A DNA stretch of 63,849 nt, the filler included, from Intoshia linei (lineage: Eukaryota; Animalia; Orthonectida): NCBI GenBank assembly GCA_001642005.1. It is 5 parts of 5 records of this genome, joined end to end, with 100 filler letters (N's around TTAATTAATTAA, not from the genome) between each part and the next. Parts side by side here need not be neighbours in the genome. Positions count along the whole stretch, not along the records: positions 27,112 to 46,974 come from LWCA01000722.1; 4 more parts are not named here. One strand, 5' to 3'. Made by a program: the position numbers and the translations under genes. Positions 27,860-39,395 of the stretch are shown here, piece after piece. Each line of letters begins with the position of its first letter. Position 1 is the first letter of the stretch. The notes beneath the pieces are model-generated. The model ran no database searches. It had not been told where the DNA came from and saw only the letters and a program-made list of their open reading frames with translations.

Positions 27860-28933
27860 CACAAAGGCAATTACTCTTAGAAAGCCAACGCACTTCTGTG
27901 TGTAAAATTAGGTCTTTAAACGTTTCTTCGTTATTAGCACAAAATTGTAGAAAATATTCGATTTTGTAATTTATTTGACTTGAAATTAATGGTTTTTATA
28001 ACTATACTGAGAGACTCATTTAATATGTAACTCAATTTTTTTGCTACTAGAAGTTCCCTATGTATTATGCAGTGTATGCACAATACATCATGTACATCAT
28101 TTTTCAAGTATACAATAAATCCACGATATTTTCCCATCATTGAGGCGGCACCATCGGTGACATATGAAATAATATTTGCTAGAGGTATTGAATTATCAAT
28201 TAAATATTTTTTTAATTCCTTAAAGATAGTTTTACCTTTTGTATCAGAGAGAAGCTTCTTTGCAAATAACATTTCTTCATTTAATACCCCATTATCAGCG
28301 AATCGCACATATGACATTAATAATATATCACCATTTGGTAGCGATGTTTCATCCAATTGTAATGCAAACATTTTTATGCGTAATTTATTAATAAGTTGCT
28401 ATTCAACATCATCTAACATTTCGTCAATACGTCTAGCAACAGATGAATTGCTGAGAGGTATTGAACTTAACATTATCGGTTTTACATCGGTTAATAGTGA
28501 CATCATAATATTCATAGAAGGAATTATTAGAGTTTCACCAATATTATGAGAATTTCCAGAAATTGATTCATTATTAAGTTTTAATGGTTGGAATTTTAAC
28601 CGTTCAATTGTAATGTTAGATTGTTCCCAAGATTGGATTTCTTTTTTGATTATAACGATTGAATTCTGTATTTTTACATTTTTTAGTCTAGCTTTAGCCA
28701 TTGGTCCCATAAGATGTTTCATTAATAAGATATATTCATCAAATTCTTCAATCCACAATTGTGGAGATATTTCAATTTCGCCAGCATCATTTATCAAATG
28801 TTTTGATGGGGTAACGTTGTTATTTTTATATTATAATTTAATATAATTATAAATTTATATTTTTCTTAAATCTGCGGCCCCTCAGACTCTGTAGGCCCCC
28901 TGATGGGGCCAAGCCTCCATTTGAGAAACACTG
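27860..28933 (-). mobile_element. Degenerate Buster-type (SCAND3/ZBED5-like) hAT transposase element
   Basis: TIR CAGTGTTTCTCAA at 28933. SHNIGETLIIP, IPLSNSSVARRIDEM, FALQLDET, SYVRF, EEMLF, TDGAASMMG and HCIIHRELL, followed by an EVRWLS remnant. Contains a stop and a frameshift. Confidence 0.9.
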
Positions 28934-29013
28934 CCCTACTATACATTTCTTTGTAACTTATTAAATTTTCATGTTATATATTAAATTACACAAAATAATT
29001 TTAATTATTGTAG

Positions 29014-32000
29014 TCATTATATATTGGAGAAGATTGTAAACCAAATTCAACATTTTCCTTGTACAGTTAATTTTTAAAACTTAAATTTACATTATATATT
29101 TTTAATCTAGACAACCGAATAACCGTATATGATGTTGAAAGCATGGAACATATTTTCAAATGGGTCAAGTTTCACACGTTAGATTTGAGCTGTGCGGAGT
29201 TAGACTATGATGTTATTTATTTTTGGCTTGTATTTATCGCGTCAGTATTTTAATCCGTAAAGTGTCAGTATTTTAGATAGTTTGTCAGTAGAAATGTTTT
29301 TAAAATTGTAGGATGATTTTTGTACTTTTTTGTTTAATTAATAATCTTTTTATTTAATTGTAGGACCATTAATTATTTCAAATTTTTTGTTTTAATAAAA
29401 TAATTTCGAAATAAAAAAAAATGAATATTAAAGTACTTTTTCGACAGTGAAGGCGTCACTTATTCAGATTGAAAATTTTTGTGTGTCTTAACAGGATACA
29501 ACTGTATCATCTGTCATTTTTTTAAATTATAGGGCTGTTTTCATTTAAAAAAAGGTAATTTGTGGTTTTTGCCCTGAAGATATATTTTTTTAATTCTCGA
29601 ACTCGTTTGATTTTCAAAAAAATGATAATTGGGCTTTTTGATCCGTAAGATGTGAGTTTGGGAGGTTGAAATTTATCTTACTTTCACCCAGGAAAAAACT
29701 TTAATAGAAATATGGATTTTATAAAATTCTAAGACTTGTAGTTATTGAAATAAACGATAACACACACAGACATGTAAGGATTATCTCAAATATATTTAAT
29801 TATCTAATTTTTTAAAATTCTAATACTCTTATTTTTGTAATTAAACGGTAACGGGCACATATTCATTTTTATATAAGTACAGTAGAGACATATATTTTGA
29901 TTTTAACTTTTTTTATCACTGCGCCTCACGGCGTCATAAAAATATTCCACCGCCCCTTAATTTGTTTTGTTATACTGGTATCAATATAATTTTGCTGGCA
30001 CTGGTACAGTGGGTAATGCTGATTCAATGTGGGTACTGCTCAGAGAGCACACAATGTTAGAAACAAATTACAATTATAATCACTTTGACACTATCGAACA
30101 TGACTATATCGATATTCACTCTAATATAATAAAATACCAAATTTAGTATATTAATGTTCTGATATTACTAGTTTTTTGACGTATTTATATTCTCCTGTCT
30201 TGTTATAAACATATCAAAATTTTATGTTTTACTAGGAAGCTTTACCAATTTCTTCATTTTCGAATATTACATAATGTTAAGAACGCTAAAAATTACCTTT
30301 TATAGTAGTCAAAATATTTCAAGCGACTGGTTGGTCTATATGTGTATTTCGGTTATAATTCTTATCTGGATATTCTGTATTTTTATATAGTCCTGAACCT
30401 ACCAGAGACCTTCTTCATCCTCTTTTTTCCAAATTGAACATTAAAAAATTATATTCTTGAATACTATAGCTATTTTTTGTTAAAATGTCAAGTCTAGAGC
30501 GTTAGAGATGTGACTAGATAAAACTAGGGCTATGACACTACATTTCGTTTGCTATTTTTTTAGGCCCATTTTTCATTTACGGGTGATCTCGAGCTTGGTA
30601 GGTTCGGCTCTGTATTGATAATTAATTTTAGGTTTATGTGATTCTGTTTGAAATAATTAGTTATTATGATACATTCAAAAAAATTAAAATAAAATTCAAC
30701 AAAATTTCGCAAGCCCTCTGTATTCAATTTACTAAAATGCTGAAAAATGTAAAGTATTCGATATTTTTTTAATTTTTAATTTAGACTCCATGTATTGACA
30801 TTATCGAAATTTGTAATGGAACGTTACCTTTGGTTTTTTGGGATCTACTACGTATGAGAATGGCAGACAATTGGACTCTCAAAGAAATTATGCTGAATAA
30901 TGTACCTTTATCTAATAAATGTCTATCATTTCTAGGTATTTTTCTTTATCTGACCCTATTTCAATATGGAATTGTTTTTAAATATACTAAAAGCATTAAG
31001 ATTTAATTAATAATTTACGAAATCATGATTATGCTAAATTTAGCAAATACTATTTGTTCAAGCAATCATGTAAAACTAAAAAAACTGTATTTGAGAAATG
31101 CTAAATTGGTTTCGGTGATTCAGGGAGATACAATTGCTCTAATTGCTAAAAATTGTCATTCACTTCAATATCTCGATTTATCAGGAAACAATTTATCGGT
31201 AAACAATTTAGTGATTTTGTTTTGAAAAAACTGAAATATTTTAAATATAGTTATTTAAATTAAATTATTTTATCATGTAATTTTTAAAGTCCTATGGCAT
31301 CTTTAAACGAAACGTTCATGGGTATCTTAGTGTATTTTTTATTTGCAGTAGTTTCCTATCACATTTTAATATTAAAAATTACCCTAAACTACCTTGCCTT
31401 TTGAAAATTTTATCACGTTTACAATAAAAATGTTTCTTAATGATTTTAATTATAGCAAAAACTTAACTTGTTATTCCAAGTGTTATCTACTGGATGTTCA
31501 AATATCAAAATATTGTACTTAATGAACAATTCTTTGTCTGAACCAGATTTTAAACAACTTTCTCAAATTGTAAATTATAATGTTAATATTTTGATATGAT
31601 TTTAGAAATCAACCTGTCCATTGAATTATTTATGCTTGGACAGCAATAACCTATCTGGGTCATCATTTCATCATATTGTAGATTTAATAAATTCGAATGA
31701 CTCAATTATTTATTTAAGCATGGTCAATTGTAAATTATGTGATTATGGTATATTTATGTGGTATAGATGTTACAATTATACGTAGAAGCCATTTCCCTAG
31801 CTGAAACCATACATGATAATGGCACACTACAAAATATCAATATATCTTGTAATAATTTTGGATTAGCTGGTATTATCGCACTTGAAAGAGCCATACAGTT
31901 CAATAATATTATATTGTACATAGCAATAACCAATAACCCCAATATTTACAATTCAGACGAGGTAACTAAAAATACTGTTTGGTAATACCAATTTTACATT

Positions 32001-32093
32001 TAGGACTATGAAATATCGAAAACTTTCTTATCGTCATTACACAAAAAAACATTACAAAATTTAGAAAAAAAAAGTATTGCTACACTTTATTAA
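29014..32093 (+). CDS. PPP1R37: Ribonuclease-inhibitor-type LRR protein, PPP1R37/LRRC68-like (5' end uncertain)
   Basis: Exons give VESMEHIFKWVKFHTLDLSCAELDYD, FEYY, TPCIDIIEICN, LKKLYLRNAKL...SLQYLDLSGNNLS, LYLMNNSLS, LCLDSNNLS and EAISLAETI...NNFGLAGIIAL, collinear with recalled PPP1R37. Stop TAA at 32091-32093. One splice phase near 30236 unresolved. Confidence 0.7.
29300..29780 (-). repeat. Helitron-family copy (intronic)
   Basis: Shares AACTCGTTTGATTTTCAAAAA, GGAGGTTGAAATTTATCTT and AAATTCTAAGACT..TAGTTATT with the other copies. Confidence 0.75.
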
Positions 32094-32102
32094 ATCTACA
32101 CA

Positions 32103-35100
32103 TTAAATACTGATTATGGCGTACATTGTCATTATTACCGATAATCCAATTACAATTACGGTTGTAATTATGAACATCTTAATTGTTGACAAGAGAATGA
32201 TTATACACAAAGTAGCTGTAACCAGAAATATACATACTAATGTTGACAAAAGTGGTGGAAATGTAGGACATTTTGCTTCATATCCTTTCCCCCAACTACG
32301 ACCGTTCTTAAATTGAGATATCATTCTAAAATTATATAAAATTTAATTTATTAATGAAATTACTCATCTTTTTGTGAAAACGTTTTATATAGCCATTTTT
32401 TAATATTGTCATCGTCATAATCTCCAATTTGACGTTTTATTTCTAATATGTCAAATTGTTCAATGTTGATGTGTATGTATTCGAAATAACCGAGTATAAA
32501 GGCTAAAATTTGTAAACTAACTTTTACGTTTACTTACTTTTCAGGGATGGTATAAAGACGGAATCTTTATTTTTCGATTCATAAAATACTGTAATGTTGT
32601 ATACATATTTCAAGCTATCATTTAGTACTTGAAGAGATACTTTTAGTCCGTGGAACCGGGGAAATAATACATTGTGTAATTCAGCAAAACCTATAAATTG
32701 TTTTAATTTTAAATATACTTGTACTTGCAAATAAAATAGTTTAATAATTTAAAATTCAAGTCATTTACTCAACATTAGTCAACAACAAAATTTATCAAAT
32801 GTATACATATAAGTATAGTTCTCAGAAAAAAATTTAGAAAAAAAGAGTATTGAACTTACTTTTGGCTAATTTATTAATCCTAAACTAAATGAAAAAAAGC
32901 TGCAAGTTATTTATTTTGAAAGTCTATTTAATGAACTGAATTTTCCTGAAGTACAAAAATTCCGTTAAATTTTGACTTAAAATGATTACTGTCTTTTTTC
33001 GATTATAAGCAGACCCTTGAAATACAAATTTTCAGTGAAATTTTTAACTAAATAAAATGTGAATATAAGCAGTTTTTGCTTGTATTCGAAAGAAAGAACT
33101 TTAAACAAAAAATAGACAACATATCAATTTATTTTTAAAAAATAACTTTCTTCATACAATAGAATGTCTAATTTATAAGTTTATACTAATTACAAAAAAA
33201 CTTTTAGTGTATTTTTTATATTTTTAAAGGGAACTATTGAATGCTCCGACTAATTTAATAGTTTCAGCGTCTAATTTAATATTTATAAATTATAACGCAT
33301 TATTTAATAAGTACTGTGGTCGTCTAATTTAATGCTTAAGCGTGTAATATAATTATTGTATCATCTAACTTAATATTCGAAACGTTTGAATCAATATATA
33401 AATTTATGTGGATCACCACAAATCAACATTTCTCATAAACCGTTTTTTTATGTATTAGCATTTTTAAGTAAATTTTATACATACATGGTCAGTTTCTCGA
33501 AATTCTTCCAATTCAAATCCAAAATTGTATGTGACAGACCCGAGATTAAGTACTAAAAACTGGACAGATGCGTTTCAATGAATTCAAAAACAAAATAAAT
33601 CAAAACAGTTTTGAAAATTTTTTTAATATGAGAAAATGTTTAAATTCTGTTTGGAAAATATCGCTGGATCGTGAAAATTGAAAGTTTTCGAAGTGTACGT
33701 GTCCCTTTTGGGGTAAAAATTAAATGTGTAAACATTATATCGGTATAGCAATACGATTAAGAATTTATGGGTGTATTGTACCTCAAAAGTCGAAAGCTCT
33801 CCCATTGAATGTCAAAAGAAAAAGTGGACGACCAGCTCAGGCTAATTAAGCTTTGCTGAGGCAGTGTTAAATTAACGGTTAATTCATTCAATAAATTCTA
33901 CTTCTATTAATTTAGACGCTGTAACTATTAAATTATATGTTGCAATAATAATAACTCTTTTTCAAGGTCTGCTTGTTTTTGATTATAAGCATTTTTCCTA
34001 CTCTACTAGCATTTTTCCTATTCTACTCTCGAATATAAAAAGACTTCCTATAATTATTTATAACTAAAGCTTTTTTGGTTCCAAGTAAAAGCTGTATAAT
34101 GAAATAAACATATTATCATTGTTTTAATGCAGTGGTTCCTGGTTCAAATAGTTTACAGATCCCCATTTCAAAATATTTATTTTTTTGGACCCCAAGGAAA
34201 ACATTGATGAAAAAATTAAAGGTTTTCCATCATAGAATTTAGTAAAATATCATTTTTTATTTTTGATTAGGAAGCTCATGCTCAAATATTTTCTATATTT
34301 TATTTGAATCCCAGGCATATAATTTTGGATCCATATCGGGACCACTGGTTGAACATAAAAAAATATATATTAAATTGCTTTTTTGACCATGAAGGCATCA
34401 ATTATTCAGATTGAAATTTTTTGTGTGTGTTAAAATGGATGCAATTGGTACCACCAGTAATTTTATCAGTAATGTTTTCATTTAAAAAAGGTAATTTGGG
34501 ATTTTGGCTTTAAGGATATTTGTTTTTTTAAATTTATAATTTTAAAATCTGTATCAGTGTAAATTTTTTTAAATTCTCGAACTTGTTTGATTTACAAAAA
34601 AAGGATAATTGGGGTTTTTGACCCGTAAAATATGAGTTTCGGAGGTTGAAATGTATCTTACTTTCACCTTGAAAAAGCTAATAAAAATGTGGACTTTATT
34701 AAATTCTAAGACTCGTAGTTATTGAAATAAACGATAACACAGACAAACAAAGCATTTTATATAAGTAAGAATAGATCATCGTAATTAGCATTCAATTATC
34801 TACAATCTTGTAAAATTCAATTTTATATAATTTCCCTACATCCCAAAAGTGCTTGTTAGATTTGAATTAAGGTGAATTATTTTAATTATTATAAGTATCA
34901 TTCTATTTAACGGAAAACATAATTTACATTACAAAAATTCAAATTTCTCCAGAATAATATCAGGATTCATTATCTCAATTTTTTACTTTACCACCTTAAG
35001 ATTTTTACTAATTTATGGTTGTTGAAGCTGGTTCAAGTTTAACCCTGTTTCATAAATATTTAAGATATCAATATCTGTATCAAGCTCCAATAATTTATAT

Positions 35101-37519
35101 ACATTTTTTATAGAATTAGAGGTGTCTTTCACAAGTTTAATTGCAAACAAAAATATGAAAATATGCAAGTGAAAACGTCAATTATTCAAATTGAAATTTT
35201 TTGTGTGTTAAAATGATACAACTGTACCACGTGTAAATTTTTTTAAATTCTAGGGATGTTTTTATTATAAAAAGTGGAATTTAAGGTTTTGGCACTGAAG
35301 ATATATTTTTTTTTAAATTTAAATTTATGATTTTAAAATCCGTATCTGTATATTTTTTTAAATTCTCGAACTCGTTTAATTTTTAAAAAAGGGATAATTG
35401 GACTTTTTGACCCGTAAGATATGAATTTGGGAGGTTGAAATTTATTTTCCTAACACCCGGAAAAAACTAATTGAAATGTGTACTTTATAAAATTCTAAGA
35501 CTGGTAGTTATTTCAATAAAGTGGAACACACACAAACCAAAATCGCGTAGCCTTTTATATAAGTTAGGAGTCCTAACTTAAAACTATTTTTTTGTCTTTG
35601 TGGTATCGATTATTTTAATAAGTAAGAATTCCACATTACGAATACAAATTCTAAGTCAGATTTTTCCTAAAGTACTTTTTACCAAGTAAAACTTACTTGT
35701 AAAAGGATTTAAAGTTTACACACCAATCCCTTAATTGTAGAATTAAATTTGAAAAACCCCACACAAGTGTAATAATATAATCATTACTGACGATTCTCTA
35801 ACTATTCTGAGCCCGAGTGGGTCACTTAGCAAAAAATGGTGCCCCAGACCGAGATTAGACTGATATATGTGGTTATCATATTAAATTTAATCAGATCGGA
35901 CACTGTTGTAATGTCCTACTCAGCAAAATTGAATCAAGTCAACATTTGACACTACATGCAACCACCACAAATGTAAAAGTTCGGTAGAGTAATACTTTAA
36001 TTAAAAAATTGTAATCCAATTTTAAATTTATTTATTCAAATTAATTTGATGTTCTGTCAATAAAATGAAATTTATTTGTATTCATTTATTATCCATTTCA
36101 ATTTCACGGCACTATTATGCACTATATTAAATTATCCAATTACATATAGTGATTTAGTAATTTCATTTCCATTGTGTAATGGAACACTAATGTATTTATA
36201 TGGATGTGCAGGCACCAGTCCTGAATAATTTTAATTTCACTCGATTCCAAAAAATTGTTAATTGTTTGTAATGAATACTCGAATTTAGTAGATTTATGTA
36301 AAGGTGACTTGTATATATATAATTAAGATTAGCTACTGATCCAGTAAGTACTCGATATAAGTAAATATTGATAAAACCCAAAATTAAACATTTAATTAAA
36401 CAGCGTTTAAAATTTGTTTGATATTACATTTGATTTTTGATCTATAAATAAGCTTTGCCCTCAGCTGTTGTATTGTTTTTCAAATAAAAAAATACGAGAA
36501 ATACATGTATTTATGGTGTTGAGAACCTTTCACGTTCTCAAGTTGAGTACAACAATATTATGACAACAAAAAACTTGTCGGCACTGCCGTTCGTCTCGAG
36601 TTAAATTAAAATATGAGATAATGGAAAATAGCTCCATAAAAAACATACTGAAATTTCGAAAAATGAAAATTACCATTCTTTGCAGCAAAAATTTTGCTTT
36701 TTTGAAGTTTCACTTCATTAAGAAGATTGTAACATGTTCCTTCAGGATAAATGACAAGATTATACTTGAATTGAAATTAACATTTGATTAATTATTAAAA
36801 ATTACATTTGGTCTTTTTTTTAATTTTTCAAGTTGGTTTTTTGTTTTTTCCAAGGAATGACTTCGTCCTCTTGAAACATAAATAAAACCATGCTACAATA
36901 AAGGTTCATAAATTGAATAAGAATAAAATTACAATATAAAAATAGTATCCATAATATGGAATGTACTTTAAAGAATCTTTAACCATAAACGATATGTAGC
37001 TCAGCTCCATAAATTGACGTCTAATGCAAAGAAGCTAGAAATTTAATAAAGAAATGTAATAAAATTACATTTATAAGCATCCAATCCACTAAATAAAAAA
37101 TGAACGCAATAATTCAAAACTACCATAAGATTGATGGTTGCAAATAAGAATGCTATTTCCAGATTTATTAAACCATTTTTCGTAATCTCCGTACATGATA
37201 ATCTATTCATATTTATACAATGACGGATTGTCAAACCTTTGTGGAAAAGTTAAGCTTGTCAAAGAAAAAAATTAGCATAGACTGGTACATGGCATATATA
37301 AATTTTTCTGAGTAAATACTATAATCTTTAGGAAAGGGTAACAAAAGTATCATGATGATAAAATAAATCGTAACTAAAACAGGTATAACAGACATAGCAG
37401 TTGTCAGCCCAATAAAACATCGCAGATATGCGTATATAATAAAGGATGTACTAAATTTCTAAATACATTTTTTTTTAAATTTTAAATTAATGATTAATTA
37501 CCATTTCTATTTTGTACAT
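32103..37519 (-). CDS. AGPAT5: 1-acylglycerol-3-phosphate acyltransferase epsilon
   Basis: IYAMYQSMLIFFFD, ILICNHQSY|VDW (HxxxxD), KDSLKYIPYYGYYF, VIYPEGT, LHNVLFPRFHG and VYNITVFY. One intron of about 4 kb (about 32692-36673) is filled with repeats. Confidence 0.9.
34360..34771 (-). repeat. Helitron-family copy (AGPAT5 intron)
   Basis: Same internal blocks as the other copies. Ends TTTTATATAAGTAAGAA. Confidence 0.75.
35170..35569 (-). repeat. Helitron-family copy (AGPAT5 intron)
   Basis: Ends AATCGCGTAGCCTTTTATATAAGTTAGGA, nearly identical to 2423-2451. Confidence 0.8.
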
Positions 37520-38125
37520 CTAACCAGCAGTATATTTTATACCAGGTATCATCAATATGATAGGATATACTATATTTATTCAAATATTTACTCTCAATTG
37601 TCTCAAACTTTATTATAATATTTTAAGGTGCATAGATACGTGACACACATGGTTTATCAATCAACTTTTGTTGGGTATTGTAATTTGTAGATAACGTTTA
37701 AAACTAATAGAGCAAATATAATTGATATCATACACAATTGAAAATAATAAAATTTGTATACCATTCACAAAATTGTAAATATGTAGACTAGGTATGTATA
37801 ACATAATAGTAATTTAAAAAATCAATTTAAATCAATAAAATTATAGTTCTAAAAACCTTACAATGTATTTAACCAAGAAAATTATATTCTAACGAGATAT
37901 GAATATAATATAACAATACATTACATTGCTGATTAGCCGATAATACATCATTATTAATGAGTTTATAATAATAACTATAAAAAGTTAACTATTTATACTC
38001 AATAAAATAACAGTAGATTTCAACGAGATTAAATTATAATTTAAAAATAAAGGTTAATCTGAAATTAAATTAAATCTAAAAATCTCCATGACATTCATTT
38101 AAATTAAATTTTTAAAAATGAATGC

Positions 38126-39395
38126 ATGTTATCTATCAAAATACGAGACCGAGAATCCAATTTGAAATACAACCGCCAGAAATTTCTGGAAAATACATTA
38201 AATTTTAGTGGAAAATTAAATATAAGCAATAAAAACTTTGACAAAATACATCCCGGTGCAATCAACAGCTTAGACTTTGATAATGATAAAAAATTGTATG
38301 TTCAATTTTCATTTTAAATTATGCATGAATATGTTTCAAATTTAGTTTATTGGTGGCTGGAGCCAATGAATTTGTGTACTGTTATTCAATGGATCTAACA
38401 CAAAGAAATAATTACGTACAATTGGCTTCAAAATGTAACACTTCCAATATCGCATATTCAATAAATACCATTAGTTGGTATCCGCACGATGACGCTTTTT
38501 TTGTTACTTCATCATTGGAACCAGTTATTCACATTTGGGAAACGGAAACATTTAAAGTACTTTGTAATGCCATTAAAATACTGTATTTTAGTCGTTTCAA
38601 AAAATAACCTTATCGCACGGCTGTAAACACCACGTTTTCAATAAACACAACATATTAATATCAGCTGCCACCCAAAACTACATTTCTTTAATTGACATTC
38701 GATCCTGCGCTGTAGTGCAAATATTAAAAGACAAGTGTGAAAATATTCAGACATTAGAATGGGCCAATTACAATGAATATTATTTAGTTTCTGGAGGGTT
38801 TCATTCACTTTCATTTATTGACTTATCTTTTTTATTTCAGATACGGAATGAGTCATCAACTTTGGGATATACGTAAACCAAATTCTTTGCTTCAAACTTT
38901 TGACTATTCTACAATAATACAGAAACGACGTTTAATTTAATTTTAAATTATTTTCGTTTTTTAATATTTAACTTAGGTATTCAACTTAAAAACGATATAA
39001 TATCCATCACAAACACCAGTTCTGTACATGTTGCTGCTTTGAGTAACGATGGATGTCTCTATATTTGGAATATATTGAAGGGGTCCAATTTCAAATTCAT
39101 TGAAAATCTAAATGTTGTTAAAAGAAGATTAAAAGTGCAATGCGCTTTTAGTAAAGTGAATAGTCGTATTTACATACCGTCTTGTAATAATGTAATGGTG
39201 GTTGATTGCAAAAATTATAAAACGAGTGTTTTCAAAAACGGTCATGTTGATACCCTAAATTGTTTGTACTACGATGATTCCAGGCAAAATCTAATTAGCG
39301 GATCAAAGGATTATCATCTCATTTGCTGGGATATACAAAATTATACAAAAAATTTTAATTTATATCAAAATAATTCATCTTTTCTTGACTCCTAA
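38126..39395 (+). CDS. ERCC8: DNA excision repair WD40 protein CSA
   Basis: IHPGAINSLDFD, YSINTISWYPHDDAFFVTSSLEPVIHIWET, LIDIRS, LWDIRK and GHVDTLNCL...LISGSKD, collinear with ERCC8. All introns are short. Confidence 0.88.

Noticed and set aside
28067-28549. 160-aa plus-strand ORF
   Set aside because: Antisense shadow of the hAT transposase on the minus strand.
32116-32316. Short ORFs antisense to real exons or inside repeats (e.g. 19943-20206, 24057-24410, 32116-32316, 41958-42197, 47978-48208, 61882-62067)
   Set aside because: Shadow or low-complexity AT-rich ORFs with no homology signal.
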